Origin: Candidatus Micrarchaeota archaeon
Lineage (GTDB): Archaea; Micrarchaeota; Micrarchaeia; Anstonellales; Bilamarchaeaceae
Assembly (NCBI GenBank): GCA_043821365.1
Contig: JBDRCX010000006.1
Coordinates: 40,840 to 104,839, forward strand
DNA length: 64,000 bases
Direction: 5' to 3'
A program made the translations under genes and the position numbers. The notes under the pieces were generated by a model, which saw only the letters and a program-made list of their open reading frames with translations, made no database searches and was not told where the DNA came from. Positions 45,358-54,786 of the stretch are shown here, piece after piece (positions within the stretch are counted from its first letter, which is position 1; each line of letters opens with the position of its first letter).

Positions 45358-46127
45358 TATTGCTGCCCCACATTAAAAATATTCAAACTAAGTCGTTTGT
45401 CTTTTTCTAGTTTTTTTGTAAGTTCTTCAAGAACTTTTTGTTTTATTTCGAGGTATTTTTCTTTACCGACTTCGATATTGGCAATTGCGTACCTCTTTGC
45501 TTTTACATTAAAACAAAACATGCAGTTATTCAGATTTTCACAATTATGACAGAACAGTGAATCAGTACAATTGCTACAGTCACTCATTTCAAAGCAACGA
45601 TTAAGGTTTTCAGAATTGTAACACTTGATACAGAATTGAGAGGAAAAAGTGTAGAAAGTACCAATATTGTAATCTGATTGCCTTGGCCAAAAACAATAGA
45701 AACAATATTTGGAACGGACAAGAGCAACACACTTGTAACTATAATGAGATGAATAGTAAAAATCACAATCAATAAGATTGCTGCACTCACCATAGCGAGT
45801 ATTTGGAGTGGTGGTGGATAATTTTGCCAAAAGATTTTTAGCAGTGGAAAAGGTTAGTTGGTTTAGTTCATCATCAGAAAGATGGTTTTTTCCGTGGGTA
45901 AAATAGGCTTCTTCTATGGTAAGTATGTTGTGTTTTATGTCTCGATAAAAATCAAATGGTGGAAGGTATATTTTTTCACCACTAATAAGTGATTTGCCAT
46001 ATTCATTCGTTGATACATTTTCAGTTAGCCAATCTTCATAATCTTTGAAATTACAAAGTTTTTTGCCTAGAACAATCGAAGTAATGGTCTGAAAAGATTT
46101 TTCAAGATCAGATTCTAGTTTATCCAT
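45357..46127 (-). CDS. Cys-rich paralog family, C-module-only protein (about 256 aa)
   Basis: ATG at 46127 (MDKLESDLEKSFQTITSIVLGKKL...). CFEMSDCSNCTDSLFCHNCENLNNCMFCFNVKAKRYAIAN. The stop overlaps the next N-module ATG (TAATG). Confidence 0.5.
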   Translation of the reverse strand: MDKLESDLEKSFQTITSIVLGKKLCNFKDYEDWLTENVSTNEYGKSLISGEKIYLPPFDFYRDIKHNILTIEEAYFTHGKNHLSDDELNQLTFSTAKNLLAKLSTTTPNTRYGECSNLIDCDFYYSSHYSYKCVALVRSKYCFYCFWPRQSDYNIGTFYTFSSQFCIKCYNSENLNRCFEMSDCSNCTDSLFCHNCENLNNCMFCFNVKAKRYAIANIEVGKEKYLEIKQKVLEELTKKLEKDKRLSLNIFNVGQQ

Positions 46128-46908
46128 TCCAATCACCTTTCCCACTTATTATCTCTATTATCGAGGGAAGTTTCTTCTTTCTTTTAAGTTCATCGGCAAA
46201 TTCACCAACTAATTTTGATTTCAGTTCAGCATATTTATCTTTAGTCAGCTGTATATTGCCAATTAGATAGTTCTTATTTCTTTGATTAAATGAAAAGATA
46301 CAGTTGGTACAGTCCTCAAGACTTGCAGAATAGAAACTATCAGATGCAACATTACAATGATAGGTTTCCAAGCACCGGAGTTGTTTGTGCGGATCAAGGA
46401 CTTTTATACAGAACTGAATCTCTCCACCAAAACAACAACCAAATGAGTACTCTGGACTGCGAATAGAAGTTGTATATGCAACGTATTTTCCATCATAAAC
46501 ATCCTGGCAACCCATGGCATAAACAGTATTAACGCAACGGTGTGAGTTTATCACATTGGTTGAATGTCCCAAAACAATATTTCCAGCATAACAGACTTTT
46601 TCTTTAGCTGCATGAATAATTGAATCAACATCTTTGATATCATTGATATTGAAGGGCATTGAAAACATTCTTTTTTCGTATTCATGCATTTCCTCATGAC
46701 CTATCACTGGTGCTTGTTTTGGCACCCTATTGGATGAGATTGTAACATCATTGCCACTTAGAATGGATTTTCTTTTTACGATTGGGTCAGTATATGTTTT
46801 TAGATAATTTGTAAATTCTGATAGTTCACCAACTTCTTGACCAAGCAGAACCTTACAAGTGGATTTCCAAGATTTATTTAATTGATTAATAATCATAGCA
46901 TCAGACAT
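46120..46908 (-). CDS. Cys-rich paralog family, N-module-only protein (about 262 aa)
   Basis: ATG at 46908 (MSDAMIINQLNKSWKSTCKVLLGQEVGEL). INDIKDVDSIIHAA, CTNCIFSFNQRNKNYLIGN, linker KKLPSIIEIISGKGDWNG. Its stop/start overlap with the next gene is ATGGATAA. Confidence 0.5.
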   Translation of the reverse strand: MSDAMIINQLNKSWKSTCKVLLGQEVGELSEFTNYLKTYTDPIVKRKSILSGNDVTISSNRVPKQAPVIGHEEMHEYEKRMFSMPFNINDIKDVDSIIHAAKEKVCYAGNIVLGHSTNVINSHRCVNTVYAMGCQDVYDGKYVAYTTSIRSPEYSFGCCFGGEIQFCIKVLDPHKQLRCLETYHCNVASDSFYSASLEDCTNCIFSFNQRNKNYLIGNIQLTKDKYAELKSKLVGEFADELKRKKKLPSIIEIISGKGDWNG

Positions 46909-47689
46909 TAGGATCACCTTTTCCTATTGAATAAATGTCAAAATTTACGGTTTTAGTTTTTGATAATTGATCGTTAATATGAGTAAGTAGAATTTTTTTC
47001 ACACGCATATATTCTTCACGGCCAACTTCTATGTTTCCTATCGCATAGCGCTTATTTTTCACATTAAAGCAAAACATGCAGTCGTTCAGACCTTCTGAAT
47101 TATGACAGAATAGAATATCGCTTGAATGATAGCAACCATCAACTTCGAATGACCGGATAACTTTAACTGAATTGTAAGCATGAATGCAGAATTGGGAATA
47201 GGGAGTATTATGGCAACCAAACATATTCTGAGAATACATTGGATAGTTGGAATATGCCACGTTTTTTATGCCGCCATAAAGGTCGTCACCGTAGTATAGA
47301 TACATGCCATCCCCTGCACCACTGCATTTTTCAATGTTTGAAAATGTCTTCCATCTGAAATTACCGATGGCATAGGCAACTGGTTTTACAATCCTGTTTA
47401 CCATGTCTTTTATGTCAGAATCCTTTATCTCATCATAAATGAATTTAGTATGATTTACTTTGTCCATTTCTTCCATGGAAATAGATCTTTTGCTTGAAAT
47501 TTTTCTCCCCATAAAATTTAGAGTTGGGAAGTTCCAAACCTCAACATCACTAACTGCAGATTTAGCTGGATGGGGGAGTGGAACATATTTACCAAGCCAG
47601 GGACCATAATCATCAATACCAACTAGTGGTTTGCCAAGTAAAAGGTTAGATGTACTAGAAAATTCCTTTTCTAATTCAGGCCAGACCAT
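46901..47689 (-). CDS. Cys-rich paralog family, C-module-only protein (about 262 aa)
   Basis: ATG at 47689 (MVWPELEKEFSSTSNLLLGKPL). CMFCFNVKNKRYAIGNIEVGREEYMRVKKIL. The overlap with the upstream N-module stop is ATGTCTGA. Confidence 0.5.
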   Translation of the reverse strand: MVWPELEKEFSSTSNLLLGKPLVGIDDYGPWLGKYVPLPHPAKSAVSDVEVWNFPTLNFMGRKISSKRSISMEEMDKVNHTKFIYDEIKDSDIKDMVNRIVKPVAYAIGNFRWKTFSNIEKCSGAGDGMYLYYGDDLYGGIKNVAYSNYPMYSQNMFGCHNTPYSQFCIHAYNSVKVIRSFEVDGCYHSSDILFCHNSEGLNDCMFCFNVKNKRYAIGNIEVGREEYMRVKKILLTHINDQLSKTKTVNFDIYSIGKGDPNV

Positions 47690-47690
47690 A

Positions 47691-48467
47691 TTAGGCACCC
47701 TCCCCCAGAATATCCATTATGGACATTATTCTCTTTCTTTTTTTCAAATCCTCAGCCATTTCGCCTATTAATTTTGCCCTCAACGGGGCATATTGTTCTT
47801 TTGTGAGTTGTACATTGCCGACCATATTTCGTTTTGCACGTACATTGAAAGTGAAAAGGCAATCAGATGAACCAGTAACATTATGGCAGAAATAACAATC
47901 AGAACTACTTACAGTAAGACTGCACTCAAAACAGCGTTTGAGAGAATTGTTATAGAGGCATCTTATGAGCATGGAACTGTCACCGCTTGAAGTTGATGCA
48001 AAACAATATTCGTTATTCCGTAGCATGTAGCAGTATGCAACATATTTTCCATTGACAATCATTGATGAATCAAGAACATAATTGCTGTCAGTTATGTTAT
48101 CTGAATTTTTCACAAATTTCGAGTTTCCGAGAACTTTGTTGCCACTGTAAATGAATTTTTCTTCTACTGCATCAAAGAGAGAATCAACATCCTTGATTCG
48201 GTTTACATCAATTGGCTTGGACAGAATAGATGCACTTTGGATTTCTTTATTGTAATCAAAAAATCTGGCTTTTGGAGGATAATGTTTTGACGTGACAAAT
48301 AGGTCTTTGCCAGATATTATTGATTTTACTGATTTGCCAACCAATGGTTCTTTTAGATAGTCAGAATAATCAGACATCACGCTAAGTGGTTCCCCAAATA
48401 GGACTTTGGTAGTTTGCTTCCAAGCATTATCCATAATTGTCTCTATGCCATTAGTTTCGAATGCCAT
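47691..48467 (-). CDS. Cys-rich paralog family, N-module-only protein (about 258 aa)
   Basis: ATG at 48467 (MAFETNGIETIMDNAWKQTTKVLFGEPL); the track ORF begins at GTG 48506. VNRIKDVDSLFDAV, CLFTFNVRAKRNMVGN, linker KRIMSIMDILGEGA. Confidence 0.5.
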   Translation of the reverse strand: MAFETNGIETIMDNAWKQTTKVLFGEPLSVMSDYSDYLKEPLVGKSVKSIISGKDLFVTSKHYPPKARFFDYNKEIQSASILSKPIDVNRIKDVDSLFDAVEEKFIYSGNKVLGNSKFVKNSDNITDSNYVLDSSMIVNGKYVAYCYMLRNNEYCFASTSSGDSSMLIRCLYNNSLKRCFECSLTVSSSDCYFCHNVTGSSDCLFTFNVRAKRNMVGNVQLTKEQYAPLRAKLIGEMAEDLKKRKRIMSIMDILGEGA

Positions 48468-50047
48468 AATTTTGACCCTCTTCCACCTAAATTGAAAATG
48501 CTCCACGGAATGCTCTTTCTTTTTTCAAGATCATCAACGATCTGAGCAAGAACAGTGGATTTAATTGATTTGAACTTATCCTGTGGCAACACTCCATTGC
48601 CAATTGCAAACCGTAAATTTTTTGCATTAAAACAAAACATACTATCTCGTACATTTTCGCAATTGTGTGCAAAGTAAATATCTGAACAGTTATTTGATGC
48701 ATCCACCTCAAATGCTCTTGAGAGATTCATGGAATAATATGTGTGAATACAGAAATTCGAAGTAAATGAAAGACCACAACCATAGACATATTTTGAATGC
48801 CTAGGCCAATAGGAAAAGGCAACATTTTCATTGAATGATGCAATTGGACAGTAATAACAATTTACAGAAGTATTGCAAAGTGGAACCATGATTAAATTTT
48901 TTGTTTCTCCCAATTGACCTTCTGGATTGAAATAAGCAATTTTACCGATTGATTTTTTCAAGCTAGACAATGACTCTATATCTTCTCCATCAAGTTGCAG
49001 ATTTTCTCCTAATGCCCAATTTTCCCATTGGGTAACTAATCGATCACGAGAATAAAGGTGGAATGGTGAAGTTTCACCAAGATAAACTGGTTTTCCGGTT
49101 GCCGAAGATTTTTCTTCACTTATATATGGCACATGACTTAGCAACCAGCCCTTATAATTATCAATTTGTGAAAGGGGGTTGTTGAATAAAAGAGATGTTG
49201 TTTTTTGAAAACCTAATTCAATAGGTCCTTTATTTTTTTGTTCTTTATCATCAGAAGGATTGAAATTTTTTGGAACAGGAAGTGCATCACAACTTTTTGA
49301 TGCAATTTCCATCAATGATGGAAGTTTTTTCTTTATCTCAAGCTCAATCTTAAGATCTTCAATAAGTTTTTCTTTTAAAGAAAGATATTTTTCTTTTGTC
49401 AATTGGATATTTCCTATGACATTTCTTTTGTTTTTTAGATTAAATGAAAAAAGAACATCCTGTGAACCCTGGACACATGAACTGAAATAACAATCACTTG
49501 AATCATAACATTTCCATGCTTCAAGACATCGTGATTGTTTGTGGGTTTCAAATGCCCTTACTGTTGAGGTTGTAAAAGCATCACTAACAACACCAAAAAG
49601 ATATTTGCTACCCCGGCAATATGAACAATATGCCATATATTCTGAATCATAGATAAAATTGGAATTGTAAACATAGAACGAGTTTTGTACATCTGAACTT
49701 TTTTCAACATGTTTGGAATTTCCAAGAACAACATTACCGCAATAGTAAACTCTTTCTTCCAAAGCTTCAATGATAGAATCGATATCTTTGATCTCATTTA
49801 TATTCAATGGTTCGAATTTTTGGCCATAATCAATTTCATCAAGTGAAATAAATTTGGCATTGTCTTCATAATCAGATACGGCACAGTACACTTCTTTATT
49901 TGATTTTGCTGATTTTTTATTTTTTAGAGGAACACAACCTTCTGAAAGCCATTCGGAATAGTTATCAATATCACCTACCTCTGCACCTAAGAGCACTTTC
50001 ATAGTAGATTTCCAAGACTTGTTTATTGATTCACGAACCTCGGTCAT
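48443..50047 (-). CDS. Cys-rich paralog family, fused N+C two-module protein (534 aa)
   Basis: INKSWKSTMKVLLGAEVGDIDNYSEWL, INEIKDIDSIIEAL, linker KKLPSLMEIA, C-terminal AFEVDASNNCSDIYFAHNCENVRDSMFCFNAKNLRFAIGN. Its ATG overlaps the upstream stop (ATGA). Confidence 0.55.
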   Translation of the reverse strand: MTEVRESINKSWKSTMKVLLGAEVGDIDNYSEWLSEGCVPLKNKKSAKSNKEVYCAVSDYEDNAKFISLDEIDYGQKFEPLNINEIKDIDSIIEALEERVYYCGNVVLGNSKHVEKSSDVQNSFYVYNSNFIYDSEYMAYCSYCRGSKYLFGVVSDAFTTSTVRAFETHKQSRCLEAWKCYDSSDCYFSSCVQGSQDVLFSFNLKNKRNVIGNIQLTKEKYLSLKEKLIEDLKIELEIKKKLPSLMEIASKSCDALPVPKNFNPSDDKEQKNKGPIELGFQKTTSLLFNNPLSQIDNYKGWLLSHVPYISEEKSSATGKPVYLGETSPFHLYSRDRLVTQWENWALGENLQLDGEDIESLSSLKKSIGKIAYFNPEGQLGETKNLIMVPLCNTSVNCYYCPIASFNENVAFSYWPRHSKYVYGCGLSFTSNFCIHTYYSMNLSRAFEVDASNNCSDIYFAHNCENVRDSMFCFNAKNLRFAIGNGVLPQDKFKSIKSTVLAQIVDDLEKRKSIPWSIFNLGGRGSKLWHSKLMA

Positions 50048-51609
50048 TTCATCCCTCCGATGGTAAAAATATTAAATCGAAGATTTTTCTTGTCAAGTAT
50101 TTCTGAACTTAGTTGCTCAGTGATAGATTCTTTTATTTTGGAATAATCTGCTTGTGGGATGGTCGTATTCCCAATTGCATGCCTCTTGCCTTTTACATTA
50201 AAACAGAACATACTGTCACTTAGACCCTCAGAATTATGACAGAAAAATGAATCAGAACATTTGTTCGACGTGTCTACTTCTAGACAACGGCTAAGATATA
50301 GTGAATTATGACAATTGATACAGAACTCGGAATTCATATTACGGTAGCCACCAAAAATATACTTTGAACTAAATGCTGATGATATGACACCAAGATTTTC
50401 ACTTTGGACTATGTCAAAGCCTTTGTAGACATTGTTCGTATAGTAAACTAATGGTGACTGAATGATATTACTATTTACACCATCCAAAATTTCAACTGAA
50501 AAATAGGCAATTTCAGCGAGATTTGAAATGATTGAATCTACTGAATTGATTTTTGATGGATCCAGAGTGAGTTTACTAAGTTCCAACCCTTCCCCTAAAG
50601 TAACTAGAAGTTCTTTTGGAAAAAGAGAAAGGGCATATAGATCTGGATGAAGAGGGAGATAGGTTGTTCTTCCAAACATTGTTTTTATTGAATCCATCTT
50701 TATTTTTTCAGATGAAAGCCAAGACTCATAATTTTTTATTGTTCCAGGATCTTTTTTCAGAATAATTTTGAATGTTGATGTAAAACTCCTCTCAATTACT
50801 TGCATATCGCCTGTATCTGGTTTTTTTGGTGTGGAAAGAACTGGTCGTTTTGGTATTTTTCCCTTTCTTACTAGATCAAATAATGAAGGGTATTTTTTAT
50901 TCTTTTTCAGATCATGAACAACTTCGGATATAAGCTTCTTTTTCAATTCTAGATATTTGTCCCTAGTAAGTTGAAGATTTCCAATTCTATACTTTTTATT
51001 TCTTTGGAAAAATGAAAACAAAAGCTCACTAGAATTGACGCATTGATTAGAAAAATAGATATCAGTACAATCACCGAGAATTTGACTTTCAAAAATACGC
51101 TTGCAATGAAACCCACCATAGAACTTTATTGTAAATTCTGTTTTTCCGAACCACCCTGAACCAAAAATATGTTTACTGTTAAGACGAACTAAAGATGAAT
51201 GGAAAACGTTAGTAGATTGGGAGATATTCAGAGAATTGGCAACATAATTTGAATCCATTACAAGATCTGAAGATTCAACGAACTTGGAATTACCTAGAAT
51301 TCTGTTGCCTGTGTATGTCCATTCTTCAGAAACTGCCCTTGTAATTGAATCAATGTCTTTGATATCATTTATTGACAGTGGTTTTGATTCTTTTATTTCA
51401 TCTGCAGAAATAACTTTTGCCAATTTAGAATAATCTGATGCAAGTACCACATCTTTACCAGAAATTGCGGATTTTGAAACTTGAGGTTTTGGACAGTACT
51501 CCTTCAACCACTCTTCATAATCCCTAAGCTCACCTAGCTCTTCTCCAAGAAGAATCTTGCATGTTGATGACCAGGATTTGTTAAGTGATGAATAAAGCTC
51601 GGAATTCAT
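50044..51609 (-). CDS. Cys-rich paralog family, fused N+C two-module protein, most divergent member (521 aa)
   Basis: LNKSWSSTCKILLGEELGELRDYEEWL, INDIKDIDSITRAV, linker KKYPSLFDLV, C-terminal CLEVDTSNKCSDSFFCHNSEGLSDSMFCFNVKGKRHAIGN. First paralog of the minus-strand array. Confidence 0.55.
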   Translation of the reverse strand: MNSELYSSLNKSWSSTCKILLGEELGELRDYEEWLKEYCPKPQVSKSAISGKDVVLASDYSKLAKVISADEIKESKPLSINDIKDIDSITRAVSEEWTYTGNRILGNSKFVESSDLVMDSNYVANSLNISQSTNVFHSSLVRLNSKHIFGSGWFGKTEFTIKFYGGFHCKRIFESQILGDCTDIYFSNQCVNSSELLFSFFQRNKKYRIGNLQLTRDKYLELKKKLISEVVHDLKKNKKYPSLFDLVRKGKIPKRPVLSTPKKPDTGDMQVIERSFTSTFKIILKKDPGTIKNYESWLSSEKIKMDSIKTMFGRTTYLPLHPDLYALSLFPKELLVTLGEGLELSKLTLDPSKINSVDSIISNLAEIAYFSVEILDGVNSNIIQSPLVYYTNNVYKGFDIVQSENLGVISSAFSSKYIFGGYRNMNSEFCINCHNSLYLSRCLEVDTSNKCSDSFFCHNSEGLSDSMFCFNVKGKRHAIGNTTIPQADYSKIKESITEQLSSEILDKKNLRFNIFTIGGMK

Positions 51610-51696
51610 GTTAGTATGGACGCTTTAATCATATAATAGAGTAACACCGTTGCAGAGCGGTTTTGGCATCTCTCAATGAAATAATGCGTTGTTTAA

Positions 51697-52413
51697 TCAG
51701 CGCATGATCCGTAAGATGTCATTCAAAACTGGAAGTAACTTCTTTTCTGCTTTTCTCAAAAGTTCTGCACAAGTAGACGGACTTATGTCTAGTTTCTTTG
51801 ACAGCTCTTCTATATTGATTTTTTTAGGTTCTTCATAATACCCATATCTACAGGCAAGATCAAAAACTTCCATCTGTCTATCTGTTAAAATTTCACTGGC
51901 AAATTTTAGTTTACTAAACCCAGACGTTCTAAAATTATCAAGAGAAACTGATTGTGAAGGTTCAAGATATCTTTTTGATTTGATTTTAAGATCATAACCA
52001 TGGTCTTTTACAAGTTCCATAAAATGTTTTAAACTTTTGAAATTCGGTGCAAGCATGGTAACATGATCAACACCATCCTCTGTCCATGTTGGCTCTATCC
52101 ACATGGTTTTAGTTTTTGCAAGTGCAGGAGCAGTGGCAAGATCCTTGCTTTGTTTAACAGAAATTTGTGACTTGTGATTACCTATTATGATTATTGCGAC
52201 TTCTTTGACTTTTGATTGTTTTTTGAAGAGTTCGACAGTAGACCTGAGGTTGGATGTATCAACTTCAAAAAGATTAGTAATTGTTTTTTCATCCTGGCCT
52301 ATTGTTGCAAGCCATTTTATTTTGACATCTTTTAATTTGTCAGTAACTGCTATTGAAGTACAATCATGGATTTGTTCAAGCTCCACAATAAGAGGTTGAA
52401 TTTTATCAGCCAT
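51697..52413 (-). CDS. HTH_10 (Bat/DmsR-like) family transcriptional regulator
   Basis: C-terminal LTDRQMEVFDLACRYGYYEEPKKINIEELSKKLDISPSTCAELLRKAEKKLL. 238 aa. It is immediately upstream of the minus-strand paralog array. Confidence 0.55.
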   Translation of the reverse strand: MADKIQPLIVELEQIHDCTSIAVTDKLKDVKIKWLATIGQDEKTITNLFEVDTSNLRSTVELFKKQSKVKEVAIIIIGNHKSQISVKQSKDLATAPALAKTKTMWIEPTWTEDGVDHVTMLAPNFKSLKHFMELVKDHGYDLKIKSKRYLEPSQSVSLDNFRTSGFSKLKFASEILTDRQMEVFDLACRYGYYEEPKKINIEELSKKLDISPSTCAELLRKAEKKLLPVLNDILRIMR

Positions 52414-52442
52414 ATAACAGATTCACCTTGATGATTTTAATA

Positions 52443-53549
52443 TTATGCAGCTTTTAGATTTTTTACAGGAAGAACTGTTTGTCCTTGGCCTCTGTGACTT
52501 GGGATTCTCTTCTTATCAAGTGCAAATGCCTCCCTTGCTCTTTTGCAGACAGTGTCACATATGGAACCCTGTTCAGTTTCCTTATTTGACCTAAGCCAGG
52601 CTTCTGCTTCTCTTACATAATGTGTAATTAAAAGAACACGATTTGCTACGATTTCTTCAAATGAATGGCCTCTAAGATCACCTTCATTCATATCAAGATT
52701 TGTAAATTTAGATGTGAAACATGCAGTAATATGGCCTTCTGCAGTTACACGCATATTATTTGAGGCACCATCGTGCACATCAGATAAAAAACGTTCGACT
52801 CTTTCCCTTGTTGTTAAACCATCACTTAGGATTAATGGTAAAGTGCATGCCCTTCCAGTTCTGCGCAATGGTTTTGCTGTTAAATCAACATCTAGAAATG
52901 GATTTGGAAGAGATCTTGGACTGCCATCAGGATTTGTCCTTCTTGCATTTTCAAAAATTGCAAAGTTTTCTCTTACCCATCTAAAAAAATCAGTCTCAAG
53001 AATTTCTCTTTCTGTTAAAACAGGGAATAGAGAACGGATCTGAACAGGCATCTCAACAGATTCAGGAAAACAAAGGACTTTTAGGCCTCTTGCAGCTAAC
53101 GGTGCTCTTGATATGAATAGAAGAGCATCACGAATTCTATTTTCATCTGAAAGATAACCGTATGGATGGTATGTGACATTGAAACGAACGTGTATACCAG
53201 ATTCTGCAAATTCTCGCAAAACAGTTTCAAGATGATCTTTATCCATATGGGGATTAAATCCACCAGTTAATACTCCTATGAAATTTGCATAACGTGAGAC
53301 TGAACGCAAAAAATTTGGAAGATCGCTGTGATAGGTTGGATCTCCACCTCCAAGTAGATTGATTTTTGTTCCAAGATCAGGAACTAGACGGGACTTGGGT
53401 CTTAGTCGGAAGTGACCAGACTGAAATAAAAGATCAACATCTTCTGGAGACAGCTCCAGTCCTTTCATATTGGCACTATCCCCACAGTGCTTGCAACCAT
53501 TGCCGCATTTGGATGTTGGATCTAATTGGCTGATGGTAAGATTATCCAT
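52443..53549 (-). CDS. Radical SAM domain protein (paralog 1)
   Basis: N-terminal CxxxCxxC cluster CGNGCKHCG at residues 15-22. About 368 aa. No C-terminal SPASM-type Cys cluster. Paralogous to 54787..55887 (shared LDPTS.CGN.CKHCGDS... and ...ICDTVCKRAREAF..D.KR.PSHRG.G.TVL). Confidence 0.55.
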   Translation of the reverse strand: MDNLTISQLDPTSKCGNGCKHCGDSANMKGLELSPEDVDLLFQSGHFRLRPKSRLVPDLGTKINLLGGGDPTYHSDLPNFLRSVSRYANFIGVLTGGFNPHMDKDHLETVLREFAESGIHVRFNVTYHPYGYLSDENRIRDALLFISRAPLAARGLKVLCFPESVEMPVQIRSLFPVLTEREILETDFFRWVRENFAIFENARRTNPDGSPRSLPNPFLDVDLTAKPLRRTGRACTLPLILSDGLTTRERVERFLSDVHDGASNNMRVTAEGHITACFTSKFTNLDMNEGDLRGHSFEEIVANRVLLITHYVREAEAWLRSNKETEQGSICDTVCKRAREAFALDKKRIPSHRGQGQTVLPVKNLKAA

Positions 53550-53653
53550 AGGCTAGTATTGTGTGGAAAACTATATAAAAGTGATGAATAGTGATAGAGA
53601 ATAAGTGTTTTAATTATTAGCAACTATTTAACATTTGTTAAATACTGGTTGTT

Positions 53654-53677
53654 AAAAATTTCACTTCGTGAAATTTT
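53654..53677. promoter_or_regulatory. Perfect 9-bp-arm palindrome (aaatttcac-ttc-gtgaaattt) overlapping a TATA-like AT box, 22 nt upstream of the inositol-phosphate synthase ATG
   Basis: Seen directly in the sequence. It lies in the divergent intergenic region between radical SAM paralog 1 and the synthase gene. Confidence 0.35.
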
Positions 53678-53699
53678 GACAAACCAACATAGTGATATT

Positions 53700-54785
53700 A
53701 TGAACAAGATCAAATGTGCAGTTGTTGGGGTTGGAAATTGTTTTGCTGGTCTGGTACAGGGAATTGAGTATTACAAACTGAATCCTGAACAGAGAGTAGT
53801 TGGAGTCATGCATGAAGAGATGGGCGGATATTCTATTCATGATATTGATTTTGTTGCTGGGTTTGATGTTGATTCTAAAAAAGTGGGCCAAACATTAAGC
53901 AATGCGGTTTATGCCGAACCGAATAAAGTAAAATGGGTTGAATCTTTATCTTCCATGAGTGATGTTACTGTGAAACAATCCCCCCAATTGGATGGAGTGG
54001 GGATATATGTAAGTAAAGTCGTGCACCCAGTAAAAGAAAGGCCAATTGAAGAACTTAAAAAAGAGATTGTGACAGAGTTGGCTGAAAAAAAAGTAGAGAT
54101 TATTGTTTCCTATTTACCAGTTGGATCTGATAATGCTACAAAATTCTGGGCACAGGTTTGTTTGGATGCTGGAGTTGGATTTGTTAATTGTATGCCGAGT
54201 TTTATTGCTTCAGATCCAGAATGGGCAGCGAAATTTGAAAATTCTGGAATTCCCATCGTTGGAGACGACATAAAAGGCCAGGTCGGAGCTACCATAGTTC
54301 ACAGAACACTTGCAAAACTCTGTGATAAAAGAGCAACAAAAATAGAAAAAACATATCAAATCAATGTTGGTGGAAATACTGATTTTTTATCCATGAAAGA
54401 ACAGGATAGACTCACATCAAAAAAGATATCAAAAACAGAATCAGTTCAATCACAACTTTCTCAGAGATTGGAGGATGACCAGATATATGTTGGGCCATCA
54501 GATTTCATCCCATTTTTAGGAAATACAAAATTAATGTTTATGCGAATAGAAGGTAAGATGTGGGCAAATATTCCTTATAATATGGAAGTTAGATTAGAAG
54601 TTGATGATAAAGCCAATTCAGCAGGAATAGTAGTTGATGCAATAAGATATTGTAGAATAGCACTTGACAGAAAGCAAGGAGGCCCATTGATTGGCCCAAG
54701 TGCCTGGTTGATGAAACATCCACCAAAACAGTTCAGTGATGATGAAGCACAACGACTTGCAAGTGAATTTGTAAAAAATAAATAA
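53700..54785 (+). CDS. myo-Inositol-1-phosphate (inositol-3-phosphate) synthase family protein
   Basis: N-terminal Rossmann motif KCAVVGVGN. GDDIKGQVGATIVHRTLAKL corresponds to MIPS NDGKTGETLVKTTLAPMF. GGNTDFLSMKEQDRLTSKKISKTESV corresponds to the MIPS KxSK region. ATG at 53700; the track ORF starts at 53649. Confidence 0.6.
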   Translation: MNKIKCAVVGVGNCFAGLVQGIEYYKLNPEQRVVGVMHEEMGGYSIHDIDFVAGFDVDSKKVGQTLSNAVYAEPNKVKWVESLSSMSDVTVKQSPQLDGVGIYVSKVVHPVKERPIEELKKEIVTELAEKKVEIIVSYLPVGSDNATKFWAQVCLDAGVGFVNCMPSFIASDPEWAAKFENSGIPIVGDDIKGQVGATIVHRTLAKLCDKRATKIEKTYQINVGGNTDFLSMKEQDRLTSKKISKTESVQSQLSQRLEDDQIYVGPSDFIPFLGNTKLMFMRIEGKMWANIPYNMEVRLEVDDKANSAGIVVDAIRYCRIALDRKQGGPLIGPSAWLMKHPPKQFSDDEAQRLASEFVKNK

Positions 54786-54786
54786 T

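Noticed and set aside
43830-48467. Split N-module and C-module paralog genes as pseudogenes from frameshift decay of fused genes
   Set aside because: All four splits occur at the identical linker position. Each C-module keeps its own ATG in a conserved overlap arrangement (ATGNNTRA, TAATG or ATGA) and both halves have intact full-length ORFs. This is inconsistent with random decay. A sequencing-error origin cannot be excluded without reads.
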